From the NCBI RefSeq assembly GCF_044704955.1, contig NW_027253150.1, positions 186,001 through 250,000 on the forward strand: a stretch of 64,000 nucleotides of DNA, written 5' to 3'. The position numbers were made by a program, and so were the translations under genes. Source of the stretch: Pristiophorus japonicus. Taxonomy: Eukaryota. A model generated the notes under the pieces. It did not search any database. It saw only the letters and a list, made by a program, of their open reading frames with translations, and was not told where the DNA came from. Every line of letters starts with the position of its first letter. The first letter of the stretch is position 1. Below, one piece after another: positions 49,208-62,429 of this stretch.

Positions 49208-52200
49208 AGAAACATAGAAACATAGAAACATAGAAAATAGGTGCAGGAGTAGGCCATTCGGCCCTTCTAGCCTACACCGCCATTCAATGAGTTCATGGCT
49301 GAACATGCAACTTCAGTACCCCCTTCCTGCTTTCTCACTATACCCCTTGATTCCCCTAGTAGTAAGGACTTCATCTAACTCCTTTTTGAATATATTTAGT
49401 GAATTGGCCTCAACAACTTTCTGTGGTAGAGAATTTCACAGGTTCACCACTCTCTGGGTGAAGAAATTCCTCCTCATCTCGGTCCTAAATGGCTTCCCCC
49501 TTATCCTTAGACTGTGTCCCCTGGTTCTGGACTTCCCCAACATTGGGAACATTCATCCTGCGTCTAACCTGTCTAAACCCGTCAGAATTTTAAACGTTTC
49601 TATGAGGTCCCCTCTCATTCTTCTGAACTCCAGTGAATACAAGCCCAGTTGATCCAGTCTTTTTTGATAGGTCAGTCCCGCCATCCCGGGAATCGGTCTG
49701 GTGAACCTTCGCTGCACTCCCTCAATAGCAAGAATGTCCTTCCTTAGGTTAGGAGACCAAAACTGTACACAATACTCCAGGTGTGGCCTCACCAAGGCCC
49801 TGTACAATTGTAGCAACACCTCCCTGCCCCTGTACTCAAATCCCCTCGCTATGAAGGCCAACATGCCATTTGCTTTCTTAACCGCCTGCTGTACCTGCAT
49901 GCCAACCTTCAATGACTGATGTACCATGACAACCAGGTCTCTTTGCACCTCCCCTTTTCCTAATCTGTCACCATTCAGATAATAGTCTGTCTCTCTGTTT
50001 TTATCACCAAAGTGGATAACCTCACATTTATCCATATTATACTTTATCTGCCATGCATTTGTCCACTCACCCAACCTATCCAAGTCGCTCTGCAGCATCA
50101 TAGCATCCTCTTCGCAGCTCACACTGCCACCCAACTTAGTGTCATCCGCAAATTTGGAGATACTACATTTAATCCTCTCATCTAAATCATTAATGTACAG
50201 TGTAAACAGCTGGGGCCCCAGCACAGAACCTTGCGGTACCCCACTAGTCACTGCCTGCCATTATGAAAAGTCCCATTTACTCCTACTCTTTGCTTCCTGT
50301 CTGACAACGAGTTCTCAATCCATGTCAGCAAACTACCCCAATCCCATGTGCTTTAACTTTGCACATTAATCTCTTGTGTGGGACCTTGTCGAAAGCCTTC
50401 TGAAAGTCCAAATATACCACATCACCTGGTTCTCCCTTGTCCACTCTATTGGAAACATCCTCAAAAAATTTCAGAAGATTTGTCAAGCATGATTTCCCTT
50501 TCACAAATCCATGCTGACTTGGACTTGTTATATTACCTATTACCAAATGCACTGCTATGACATCCTTAATAATTGATTCCATCATTTTACCCACTACCCA
50601 TGTCAGGCTGACCGGTCTATAATTCCCTGTTTTCTCTATCCCTCCTTTTTTAAAAAGTGGGGTTACATTGGCTACCCTCCACTCCATAGGAACTGATCCA
50701 CAGTGAATGGAATGTTGGAAAATGACTGTCAATGCATCCACTATTTCCAAGGCCACCTGCTTAAGTACTCTGGGATGCAGTCCATCAGGCCCTGGGGATT
50801 TATCGGCCTTCAATCCCATCAATTTCCCCAACACAGTTTCCCGACTAATAAGGATTTCCCTCAGTTCCTCCTCCTTACTCGACCCTCCGACCCCTTTTAT
50901 ATCCGGAAGGTTGTTTGTGCCCTCCTCAGTGATTACCGAACCAAAGTACTTGTTCAATTGGTCCGCCATTTCTTTGTTCCCCGTTATGACTTCCCCTGAT
51001 TCTGACTGCAGGGGACCTACGTTTGTCTTTACTAACCTTTTTCTCTTTACATATCTATAGAAACTTTTGCAATCCGTCTTAATGTTCCCTGCAAGCTTCT
51101 TCTCGTACTCCTTTTTCCCTGCCCTAATCAAACCCTTTGTCCTCCTCTGCTGAGTTCTAAATTTCTCCCAGTCCCCGGGTTCGCTGCTATTTCTGGCCAA
51201 TTTGTATGCCACTTCCTTGGCTTTAATGCTATCCCTGATTTCCCTTGATAGCCACGGTTGAGCCACCTTCCCTTTTTTATTTTTACGCCAGACAGGAATG
51301 TACAATTGTTGTAGTCCATCCATGCGGTCTCTAAATGTCTGCCATTGCCCATCCACAATCAACCCCTTCAGTATCATTCGCCAATCTATCCTAGCCAATT
51401 CACGCCTCATACCTTCAAAGTTACCCTTCTTTAAGTTCTGGACCATGGTCTCTGAATTAACTGTTTCATTCTCCATCCTAATGTAGAATTCCACCTTATT
51501 ATGGTCACTCTTCCCCAAGGGGCCTCGCACAACGAGATTGCTAATTAATCCTCTCTCATTACACAACACCCAGTCTAAGATGGCCTCCCCCCTAGTTGGT
51601 TCCTCGACATATTGGTCTAAAAAAACATCCCTTATGCACTCCAGGAAATCCTCCTCCAACGTATTGCTTCCAGTTTGGTTAACCCAATCTATGAGCATAT
51701 TAAAGTCACCCATTATAACTGCTGCACCTTTATTGCACGCACCCCTAATTTCATGTTTGATGCCCTCCCCAACATCACTACTACTGTTTGGAGGTCTGTA
51801 CACAACTCCCACTAACGTTTTTTGTCCTTTGGTATTCTGGAGCTCTACCCATATAGATTCCACATCATCCAATCTAATGTCCTTCCGAACTATTGCCTTA
51901 ATTTGCTCCTTCACCAGCAATGCTACCTCACCTCCTTTTCCTTTTATTCTATCTTTCCTGAATGTTGAATACCCCTGGATGTTGAGTTCCCAGCCCTGAT
52001 CATCCTGGAGCCACGTCTCCGTAATCCCAATCACGTCATATTTGTTAACATCTATTTGCACAGTTAATTAATCCACATTGTTGCGGATACTCCTTGCATT
52101 AAGACACAAAGCCTTCAGGCTGTTTTTTTTAACACCCTTTGTCCTTTTAGAATTTTGCTGTACAGTGGCCCTTTTTGTTCTTTGCCTTGGGTTTCTCTGC

Positions 52201-52314
52201 CCTCCACTTTTCCTCATCTCCTTTCTGTCTTTTGCTTTTGCCTCCTTTTTGTTACCCTCTGTCTCCCTGCTTTGGTTCCCATCCCCCTGCCATATTAGTT
52301 TAACTCCTCCCCAA
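49208..52314 (-). mobile_element. Young 5'-truncated CR1 LINE in the IgM CH4-TM1 intron
   Basis: 578-aa and 232-aa EN/RT ORFs; (tttctatg)n tail; flanking direct repeat cattat at 49202-49207 and 52315-52320. Confidence 0.96.
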
Positions 52315-52809
52315 CATTATGATCCTCCTATAGTCCGTTTTGGAAAATATGATAGTTTTTCTTCCATGTCAGAGGCTAATTGATTTTGGATGACTTTGCT
52401 ACGATCTACCATTCGGGAATAATACGATGAAACATCGAGGAAGGTGTACAGCAGGATATCGATTATTTTTCCTCTAGGTTAAGGTAGTTACTTAGTTGGA
52501 GGCTGCCAAGGAGGCTTTTAAGAGATTAGTTGTGAGTTATAACCTTTTTTTTATATATGTTACGGCAATGCTCTGAACATAAATAACGTTTCAGCTTGCA
52601 ACAACTACATTGATCCAGTGTATGTGTAAGGCCAGAATAGTGAAATGTTAGATATTATGGTATCAGTAATTATTTATTCAGGCCAAGCATTGGATACTTT
52701 GCCCGTCCAAAAACTGCATCTTTGTTCTACATTCTTCTATAGCCTGACGTTTTTGTTTGTGCTCTTTAGTGTCTATATCACTGTATAACTATCTGTTGTT
52801 CTGGATTAG

Positions 52810-53935
52810 TCAGTGTTTGTGTTCCCTGTGAGGGTGTTGATCTGTGGGGTTGTGCGTGTGTGTATTTCTAAGATTGTGTATGTGTGTGTAAATCTTTCTT
52901 TATGTTTTGTTTAAGAATGCGTGTGTTTTTATGTAAGTGTGTGTGTTTAAATTTAATTGTGAGTGTGAGATTTGGTGTAGGTGAGTGTGTGTACTTTTAT
53001 GTGTAAGCATGTTCATATCAAAGGGTTTGTGTGTGTGTGTGTGTGTGCAAGTGTGTTCATGTGTGTGCTTATGTGTAAGTGTATGTGTAACCCGGTGTAT
53101 ATGTATGTTCATGTGTGTGTTTCCCTGTAAGTGTATATGTATGGTTATGTCCAAGTGTTTGCTAATGTTGAGGTGTAAGTGTGTGTTTGTGAGTTTTCAT
53201 GTCACATTGTGTGTACCTGTAAGTTTGTCTGTGTGTGTTTTTGTTAGATTGTGTTTGGATTTATATGCGTGTTCATACTTGTGTAAATGTGTTCAGGTGT
53301 GTGTTTCCCTGTAAGTGTACGGCTATGTCTCAGTGTTGTTCATGTTTAGGTGTAAGCGTGTGTGTGTTTATGTGTAGCAATGGGTTTGCAGGTAAGTTTG
53401 TGTGTGTTTGTGTGTGTGTGTTTTGTGAAAGTGTGTGTTTTGATTGATGTGTGTGTCTAAGTGCAATAGTATGTTTGCATGTAAGCGTGTGTGTGTTTTG
53501 TGTAAATGTGTGTTTGGATTGATGCGTTTGTTTACAAGTGTGTGTGTGTTTTGTGTAAGTGTGTGTGTGGATTGATGTGTATTTATGTGTGTGTAAGTGT
53601 GTGTAAGTGTGTTTTGTAAGTGTATGGGTATGGATTGATGCGTGTGTCTATGTGTGTATAAGTGTGTTTTGTGTAAGTGTGTGTGTGGATTGATGTATGT
53701 GTTTATGTGTGAGTAAGTGTGTGTAAGTGTGTTTTGTAAGTCTGTGTGTATGGATTGATGCGTGTGTCTATGTGTGTGTAAGTTTGTTTTGTGTAAGTGT
53801 GTGTGTGGATTGATGTATGTGTTTATGTGTGTGTAAGTGGGTGTAGGTGTGCTTTGTGTCAGTGTCTGTGTGGATTGATGTGTGTGTCTATGTGTGTGTA
53901 AGTGTGTGTAAGTATCCGTTGTGTAAGTGTGCATT
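52810..53935. repeat. Degenerate (TG)n-rich tract with about 120-bp higher-order repeats
   Basis: tgtgtg runs with repeated gtaagtgtg and ggattgatg motifs. Confidence 0.92.
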
Positions 53936-54845
53936 TAGATTGACGTGTATTATTGCTATTGTTAAAATTTTCAGAGAGTACCAATAACTGGATTTGACAA
54001 TGATGGTTTTCATTATATTCGAGTTATGTATAATATTATGTGTCAGAGTGTTAACGTATGTCTTTATATGTAAGTCTATGTGTGTTACTGTGAAATTGTG
54101 CACTTACACAAAAATACACACACTTATACAAAATCATCATCACACTTACATATGAACACAGACAGACTCACTTTCACATGTATTCTCCCTGCTCTGTGTA
54201 AATGTTTCCTGTGTGAGGCGCAATGTGACGTCAGCCGAAGGAATGCAACAATTCAACCGATGGGCCTCAGAAACATCAGGGACACAACTATGAGAAACCC
54301 GCAGAGGATTCAATCACCAGTTTAGATATGGCCCATTAGAATTCAGCATGTTAGTTTACAATTAACAGGGACTATTTAATTAAAAAATATTACGTGGAAT
54401 AAATAGTTATTTCAGAATATAATAATCATGTGGCAAGTTTAAAATCTTTTGACCATGGGTTAGAATGTGACATTGTACTGATGGCAACTTAGTGCATTTA
54501 CAAGAGAGTGGTTCATTTCCCATCTCCCTGTGGGAGGGGCAGTGGGGGTTACGAGAATTATGCATTTCCCGTTCCCCTCTCGCTGTTGGGTATGAGAGGT
54601 ACAGTGAGTTAAAATTACCCTTTACTCTCTCTCTGCTGAAGTTACTTTCAGGAATCCTGTAATGAGAGAACTTCACCCAGTCTCTAACCCATGGTGTATC
54701 TGAGCTGGGAGCGCTGGCTGTACAAGCCTTGGGAGCGAGACGCGCAAACACCCGACTTCAGATAAACAGCCCTCACATTGGCAAAACTAGGAAACATAGT
54801 TAATTGAGCGGCTGCCTGTTTAACTCACGATTGGAAAAAAAGCCC

Positions 54846-54861
54846 TTTATTGTTTTTTATT
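54846..54861 (-). terminator. Poly(A) signals for secreted IgM mRNA (two AATAAA)
   Basis: tttatt at 54846-54851 and 54856-54861, about 30-45 nt after the stop. Confidence 0.85.
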
Positions 54862-54889
54862 TAAGAACTGAAATGCAATCGAGAGATTC

Positions 54890-55281
54890 TCATTGACAAG
54901 AATTGACGGTGTCCATCAGAACAAGGGAAATGTTGACGAAACTGGGTTTACCGCTGGATTTATTGATGGTTCTGTTGGTGATCTTCAAGGGGATCGCTTC
55001 GTGTCCCACCACACAGGAGTAAGAAGCGCCGCTGGCCCACTCCTCGGCTGCAACGGATAGCAGGCTGTACATGAAGAAGGATCTGCTGCCGTTCTCTGCC
55101 ATCACCTCGGTGTTCTTGTAGTTGCCGGAATCCACCGGCTTGTCATTGACGGTCCATTTGACGAAGATCTCTCGGGGGGAGAAACCTCTCACTAAGCAGG
55201 TGAGGCTGACCAACCTCTGAGCGGAGACTTCTTCTGCCGAGGGCAGGAGGACAGACACGGCCGGTTCCCGCGGATCTTTCG
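54890..55281 (-). CDS. IGHM: IgM CH4 plus secretory tailpiece (internal donor after 54952 for the membrane form)
   Basis: [48 protein letters not shown]|[19 protein letters not shown]; G|GTAAAC donor; penultimate Cys. Confidence 0.98.
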
Positions 55282-56200
55282 CTGTGGAACAGTTACAATA
55301 AAGGCCAATGAACTGGACAGTTCCAGAGACAATGGGAAAACTTTAAATCAATACAGCAGGCGGGTTTTGGGCGTGGAGGTTTTTAAATTGTTAAAAATAG
55401 GAATCCCGACGTCAACGCGCCCACTCCCGGTTGTAATATTATATTTGAGTAAAATATTTAAATGGGACTGGAATCTTCTATTTTAACCACCATTTGGTGT
55501 TTAACTGTCGCTGGTCCGGTTTGACACACTGTGTAAATCCCTGCAGTTACAGCGAGGCGGGGACTGCTGCACCCAGGTGGTAATTGCCCATACACCTACC
55601 TCCTGGATCCAGGGTCCCTGTGTAACCCAGCCCCCGCGATCCGAGACCTCCTGACTCGGCTTCCAATCCTCCCGTTCTCCCGGGTGGCCTGTGAGACCAC
55701 CGCCCACAACTCGGCTTCCTCATTTAAATTCAGCCAATTTCAGGTGGTTAGATGTGAGAGAAATGGACACTGCGTTGAATTTTAAAGCTTTTCCTTTTCC
55801 CCTCTGGGGCCTCTCTGGTTTTCCATCCCGCAGCAGAGGGAACACAATCTTTCTCTCTGAAATCTCCAAGGGTTGGTCTGGAAAATTACACAGAATTTAC
55901 TGCACAGAATGAGGAGATTTGGCCAACTGGTCTATGCCGGTGTGTATGTTTCACACAAGCCTCCTCCTAGCTCACTTAATCTATTCCTAATAACATACCC
56001 TTCTATTCCTTTCTCACTCATGGACTTGTCCAGTTTCCCCTAAAATACATAATGTCAGGTCCCAGAGTGCTGAGTTCGTGGAATTACCAAACTGAATAAT
56101 CAGAGCAGCCCATTAAACACTTTATATAATGAATTGTCCCTTGCACATGCACTGGAAATAGTCACAGTATCTCACTTATTGCAACAATCTCCCCGCTCAC

Positions 56201-56509
56201 CCTTTTCCTTGTGGATGGAATCTCTGAGAGGAGTCGGCATATCCTGATGGCTCACCACGCAGTAGAACTTATCCCCACTCAGCCAGTCTTGTGTCGAGAT
56301 GTTTAAGTTGCTGATCACTATGTTGGGATCCTCTCCCGGCTGGAAGGCAATCTCTGATTTCAAAGCCTCCTTTTCCCGGGTCCAGGTCACGGTGAGCCCA
56401 TAAGGAGCCTCAGACACGACGCAGGTTAAGGTCACCATCGCCTCCAGTAAGACCTGTTCCAATGACGGTGGGCGAAGAGTGATTTTTGAATCGCTGCATG
56501 GGACAACCA
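56201..56509 (-). CDS. IGHM: IgM CH3 exon
   Basis: [55 protein letters not shown]; ag/gt; phase 1. Confidence 0.97.
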
Positions 56510-57204
56510 CTGCGAAACAGGAATGAAAGTCAGGAAAAGCTGAAGCTTCAGAATCCGGACACCAATATTTAGCCTTAAATCTTTCAAGGGGAATATATCA
56601 CTTTTGAGATATCAACCTCTCGCTGTTGCCTCAACACCGGCGTTATTGGAAGGACAATGAATTGGCAACGATTCCGAGAGATCTGTAACATTTCTTGTGT
56701 ATTTGCAGCCAGAGCCACCTGTAATGGGCTGTGAAGCAAATACCCGGCATAAAATCGGAATACATTGTGTTAGGCATGGAATAGCGCTCTTCCTGAAATC
56801 CCTTGCTCCTTTAAGCCCGTCCATAGATCCTTGCACCCAAATGCATCACCGTTGGTTATAATAGCTGAAGCCCGAAAAGCCCGAAGTTCAAGAGGTCTAC
56901 ACCAGACATTATACTGGTTCAAAACCAGTGTCAAATTAATTTCAGGATTTATGGGACAACAGGAAACAAAGTTAAGTTTCTGGTCTCTTGCTGCGTTTTT
57001 TGTTGCAGTGAAAATGTGCAGGAACCAGTCACAGCCCCCGTCAGAGGAGAAGTGCAAGTTCGGGAGAATGGAGTTCCAAGGAATCTTTGTGGTGCGGCAT
57101 CATTTGGAATGATGTGAGGTCGCTTGTTAATTTCTGTAATTACTGAACATTTATCATGTCTGGTGAGAGAGATTCAGAGAGAAATATGACCTCAGGGCAT
57201 TAAT

Positions 57205-57720
57205 AGCAACATAGGAACAGGAGGAGGGCATTCAGTCCATCCATCCTGTCTCGCCAACCAGTTAGATCATGGCTGATGAACACTCAACACCATCTTCACG
57301 CATTGGTTGTGTAACCCTTGATAACCTTGCCTGACAAAAATCTATAAATCTCAATTTTCAACTTTTCAATTGAAAGCAAGTGTCAGCAGCTTTTGGGGAG
57401 GGAAATCCCGACTTGCAATATTCTTCTTGTGAGAAAATCCTTTCTGACATCACCTCTGCACGGCCTAACTCTAATGTTAAGTTTCTGCTACTTGTTCTCG
57501 ACTCTTTCATCAAACTAAATAAATGTTGTATATCTACTCGATCAATTCCATTTATCAACTTAAACACGTCAATTGAATCATCTCTTAACGTTTTATACTC
57601 GTCGACTGATCATTTTACATTATTAGCCCCGGTTTAATTCGGGTAAACCTGCAGTTTAGCGCCTCCATGTATATCCTTCCTGTGGTGCGGAGCCGAGAAT
57701 TGAGCTCTGTGCTCTGAATA
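57205..57720 (-). mobile_element. Old CR1 3' fragment
   Basis: Degenerate CR1 tail and FKLINGIDRVD. Confidence 0.7.
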
Positions 57721-57899
57721 GGGTAGATGCCCATTCTAGCAGGATTTCTGGACAGTTGGCAGGAAAGGGTTCCAGACTCCGACAGCCGCTCCGTATATGA
57801 TCAGCCAACTCAGGATAAACCTGAGACTAAGGACACTTCACTCACTGCCTGACATCAGAGCAAGGGGAAAGCTTCTTTGGCGAGGTTAATAAATCCTGA

Positions 57900-58330
57900 G
57901 CATTGAGGAATCCTGAACCAGAAGATCCTGGATTGAATTTCCACTCCAGATATTTGATCACAAAATGTAAGCTGAGTCTCCCAGTGCAGTACTGGGGGCA
58001 TGGCGCACTATCGGAGTTGCCGTCTGTTGGATCAGGTGTTAAACCGAGGATCCGTCTGGCCTCTCAGGTGGAGGTAAACGATACTCTGGCATTATTTCAA
58101 TGAAAAGCAGAGGAGTTCTCCCTGGTGGCCTGGGAATATTTATCCCTCAAGAAATATCACTCAACAAAAAAAAATGGTCATTATCACACTGCTGTTTGTG
58201 GGAGCTTGCTGTGCACTAAATGACTGCCGTACTTTGTACATTACAACTGTGACCACATTTCACAACTTAATTCATTGGCTGGCAAGCGTTTTGGTTCAGT
58301 CTGTGGTCGCTGAAGGCGCTGTATAAAGGC
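57900..58330 (+). mobile_element. Deu-type SINE in the CH2-CH3 intron
   Basis: Reverse complement of the SINEs at 10925 and 28655; ends in ggcgctgtataaaggcaag. Confidence 0.78.
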
Positions 58331-58468
58331 AAGTTTGTATCGCAAGAATACACAAACTGCATGATTGGAAATTAGGAACAGTCCTCTGCTTTTTACTAAT
58401 TCCAATAAAATCCTTACTGAGGTCAGCGCTCAGAATGGTGTGCAACCTCCCGGGATTGTGTCTCTTAC

Positions 58469-58786
58469 CCTGAGATCTGCTGAAGTTACGGTTTTGCGTG
58501 ACCCCTTCATGAGTGACCTGGCAGGTGTAGACCGAGCCGGTGAACCATTCCTCGGCGGGGACTGTCAGCCGACTGGCCGTCAAGAAGTTCCCGTTCACCT
58601 CAAAGACGGGAGAGGTGATGATGCCCGAATCCATGCGTTGTCCACTCTTCAGCCAATTCACGGTCAGTGATTTTGGCCTGAAATCGATGATTGAACACAC
58701 GGCGCTTGCATATCTGCTGCTGGTGATTTGTTCAGTAGAACTCAGCGTGAGGAGAACAGTTGGAGGAACGATGTCCGGTTCAGGAT
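58469..58786 (-). CDS. IGHM: IgM CH2 exon
   Basis: [53 protein letters not shown]; ag/gt; phase 1. Confidence 0.97.
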
Positions 58787-58904
58787 CTTCAAAAAAAAAC
58801 ATATTATTGACATTGCTTAGAAAATAATTGATTAAGAAATGCAAAGTGTCCTTATATTTTAACAGGTTCTTTGCTGTCAGACGAACACTAACCTGGCATT
58901 TACA

Positions 58905-59700
58905 GAGAGCAGAACTGTGCACAGTATTCTCAGTTTAATATGCAGACCGGAACTGTGCATAATATTCTAAGTGCGATATGGGGACCACAACCATGCACAA
59001 TATTCTAAGTGTGATATGGAGACCAGAACTATGCACACTATTCTCAGTATGATATGGAGACCAGAACTTTACACTGTATTCTAAGTATGAGATGGAAACC
59101 AGAACTTTAAGCAATATTCTAAGTGTGATATGGAGAACAGAACTATGCATACTATTCTAAGTGTAATATGGAGACCAGAACTATGCACACTATTCTCAGT
59201 ATGATATGGAGACCAGAACTTTACACTGTATTCTAAGTATGAGATGGAAACCAGAACTTTAAGCAATATTCTAAGCGTGATATGGAGAACAGAACTGTGT
59301 ACAGTATTCTAACTGTGATATGGAGACCGGAACTGTGCATAATATTTTAAGTATGATGTGGAGAGCTAACTTTCGACAGTATTCTAAGTATGAGATGGAA
59401 ACCTGAATTGTGAACAATATTCTAAATGTGATAAGGAGACTAGAACTGTGCACAGTATTCTAATTATTATATGGAAACCAGAACTGTATACAATACTCTA
59501 AGTGTAATATGGAGACCAGAACTGTACACAATATTAGAAGTATGATAGGGAGAGCAGAATTGTACACAATACTCTAAGTGTGATTTGGAGACGAGAACTG
59601 TACACAGTATTCTAAGTATGATATGGAGAGCAGAACTGTACACAGTACTCTAAGTGTTGTCTAACCAAATTTCTCTACAAGTTGAACATAATTTCTCACC
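58905..59700 (-). repeat. 38-bp minisatellite derived from CR1 RT sequence, CH1-CH2 intron
   Basis: Unit ggagaccagaactgtgcacagtattctaagtgtgatat, about 20 copies; runs into unrepeated CR1 sequence at about 59660-59700. Confidence 0.9.
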
Positions 59701-59735
59701 TTATCATTGTTTGCCCTGTAATCCACATCACTAAC

Positions 59736-60035
59736 CTAGCATTGTGATGGCCCAGACCGACACACCACGTCGAACCTCGCAGTAGATTGTGCTGCTCCCC
59801 ACATCTGACTCGGCGATGGTTAACTGGCTGCTCTGGGTGTAGATTCCCTTCTTGTTGAGCACTGACGGGTAGGTATTCAATCCAGTGGTGATTGGCTCTT
59901 TATCTTTCTTCCAGGAAAGGCTGGTGATGTCGGGGGAGTAGTCCATCGCCAAACAGCCGTACGTGATGGAGCCATCGGTACTGGGTTGTTCACAGGAGGA
60001 GAGCAGGGCGTAGAGGGTGGGGGGAGACGGTGTTA
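59736..60035 (-). CDS. IGHM: IgM CH1 exon
   Basis: [71 protein letters not shown], a typical shark Cmu1; ag/gt. Confidence 0.98.
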
Positions 60036-60508
60036 CTGGGAAAGAATGGCCCATTGAACAAGTTAGACTCTGTAATCCGTGCTTATAAAAGAAATAAACA
60101 GCTCGAAATTTGACTGCAGAATAAACTAATTCCACCATTTCCCCATCAAAGACTACACGGGCATTTGAGTTTCTGTCAGTTCCATCATAAGGACCTGTCG
60201 ATGCCCTGGTCAGGAACACACCTCTCTATCCCCGAGCTCTATCACATTACACAACAAGAACATTTACACAACTCGTCAATAAAGAATCCTTCATTGGATC
60301 ATACAATAGAAGAACAGAGACGTGTTCCTGTTATTTCGGCCTCCATTTATTTCTCAATCAGCACCATTTCTGGTCCTTTATTTAATTGCAGTTTGGGGAA
60401 ATTTGCTCTGTGCACATTGCCTGCGGCGTATCCCTACAAAACAACAGTGACTGCACTTCAAAGTAACAGCGGAATTCCTGCTTCGGACGTTAGCAAAAAA
60501 CCCTCTAA

Positions 60509-60516
60509 ATTTGCAT
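60509..60516. promoter_or_regulatory. Octamer ATTTGCAT in the J-C intron
   Basis: Exact match about 470 bp upstream of CH1; function inferred. Confidence 0.4.
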
Positions 60517-60929
60517 ACCACATAATTCAACAGGTAGCATTTCCATAGTTAAGTTTCTAAGATTCAAGCTGTCGGTGAATTGCGATTGAGTCGAATTTCT
60601 CCCTCATTTTCTCAGCATTTGATGGAGACCGATGTCCCTCAGTGCACTGTGATCTGGGCTCTATCCCATCCCATTGAATGCATGTCTCTTGAGTTTCCTC
60701 CTCCCTGCCACTCAATTAATAATCCGAATAAAATACCATTCCAAAATCCGGTTAATTGGAAGTTTCTCCTTAAATGGCCCATTTCAGTTCCCATTGTTGT
60801 TCTTGTTATATCACAATGCCCTGGACTTGGTTATAGGGAATACAATTTCGAAGTTCGAAGGTGATGCAAAACCTGGCAACGTAGCCAATAGTGAGCATGA
60901 AAGCAGCAGACTCCATGAGGAGACAGATG

Positions 60930-61720
60930 GACCAGTGAAATGCGCCGGGACATGGCAATTGCAATTTAATGCGAATCATTGAGAAGCGATGCACATTGGG
61001 TGGAAGATGGAGAAGCAGTATAATCTAAATAGTATTGTTTTGAGGGGATGCACGAACAGAGAAATCTAGATGAACATATTCAAAAATCTTTGAAGGGGGC
61101 AGGGCAAACTGGTAAGGCAGTTATGAAAGCGTATGGGATACATGACTTTGTAAATGGGCCATTGACTACAAAAACAAGACGGTTATGCTAAACTTACAGA
61201 TCACGTGTTAGGCCTCAGCTGGGGTATTGTGCACAATTCTGGAACAACAATTTAGGAAGGATGTCAAGCCATTGGGGAGTGTAGAGGGGAAGCTTTTACC
61301 TGGATGATGCCAGGGATGGGGTCTTCAGTTATGTGGATAGATTGGAGAAGCTGGGATATTCTCCTTAGAGCAGAGGTTAAGAGGAGACCGAAGAGAGATA
61401 TTCAACATGATGACAGGTTTTGATAGAGCAAGTAGGGAGAAACTGCTTCCGCTGGAAAGTAGGTGGGTAACCAAAGGTCACAAATTTAAAATAATTGGCA
61501 AAAGATCAAAAGGGGAAATTGGGGTAATTTTTTCACACAGAGGGTTGGTAATTTCAGGAATGCTCCAGGCAGTTCCTCCTGTACGTCAGGAGGACTCAGT
61601 GGCACGTTTAGAAGGAAAACCCTGGGGAGTTGGACTAAATTGGACAGCTCTTTCAGAGCCGGCATAGGCACGATGCCTGAATGGCCTTTTCAGTGCTGTG
61701 AGATGCTATCATTCTACACG
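60930..61720 (+). mobile_element. CR1 3' fragment in the J-C intron
   Basis: RPQLGYCAQFW, LEKLGYSP, TKGHKFKIIGKR. Confidence 0.85.
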
Positions 61721-62429
61721 AGTCAGTGGGAATAGTTCTACTAGATTTAATGGAAGGAAACGCTTCATATTTTGGACACCTCTACCAGATCTATTTTTAT
61801 TGTTTGTTGTAATTAAAGAGGATATTTAAAATAAAGAGATCTTATAAATCTGACGCAAATTAGTCAATCGCATGCTGCTATAAAGGCTTAAAATTCATTG
61901 CGAATGATGACTTATTGCAGGTTGACTCTATCTCTTTAAATGTTTCACAGAATTGCAGCTCAGTGACTGTGCGCCTTGTGTTGTGATCCAGGCCAATAGC
62001 TGCATCTCTCATAGTTTGTCCCTGCCTTTAACCTTTTCAGGAAGAATTGAACAACATAATGTTTCTAAACATGAGGTCCTCATGACGATTAATTCGTGGG
62101 AGTCTTGATATCCTCCATTTAAATTGTGAAAATAACTTACAGCCTCCCAACAGATCAGAACAGGCGCTGCTTTCTGGAGCGTTATTCACTTCCTGAAACA
62201 GTTTGTTCTGGAAGTGAGCTGAGGATCAGGCCAATCGTGTTCAATAGTAATCTGATGCTCAAAATGTTCAAACATTAATAACTCATTAAAAATTTGGCAT
62301 TTTTTCAGAAAGAATATAAACATCAATGAATGTGCGTTGTTTAATCTGGTCAATCGGACGATTTATTGTGTATATCTGTCACGAGTAGTTTACCTGCTAT
62401 TTGTTAGTCGCAGCTAGCGGTATCTTGAA

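Noticed and set aside
54890-60035. Alternative calls IgW, IgNAR or IgM1gj
   Set aside because: Four C domains including CH2, a mu-type CH1, and the [13 protein letters not shown] tailpiece fit conventional IgM
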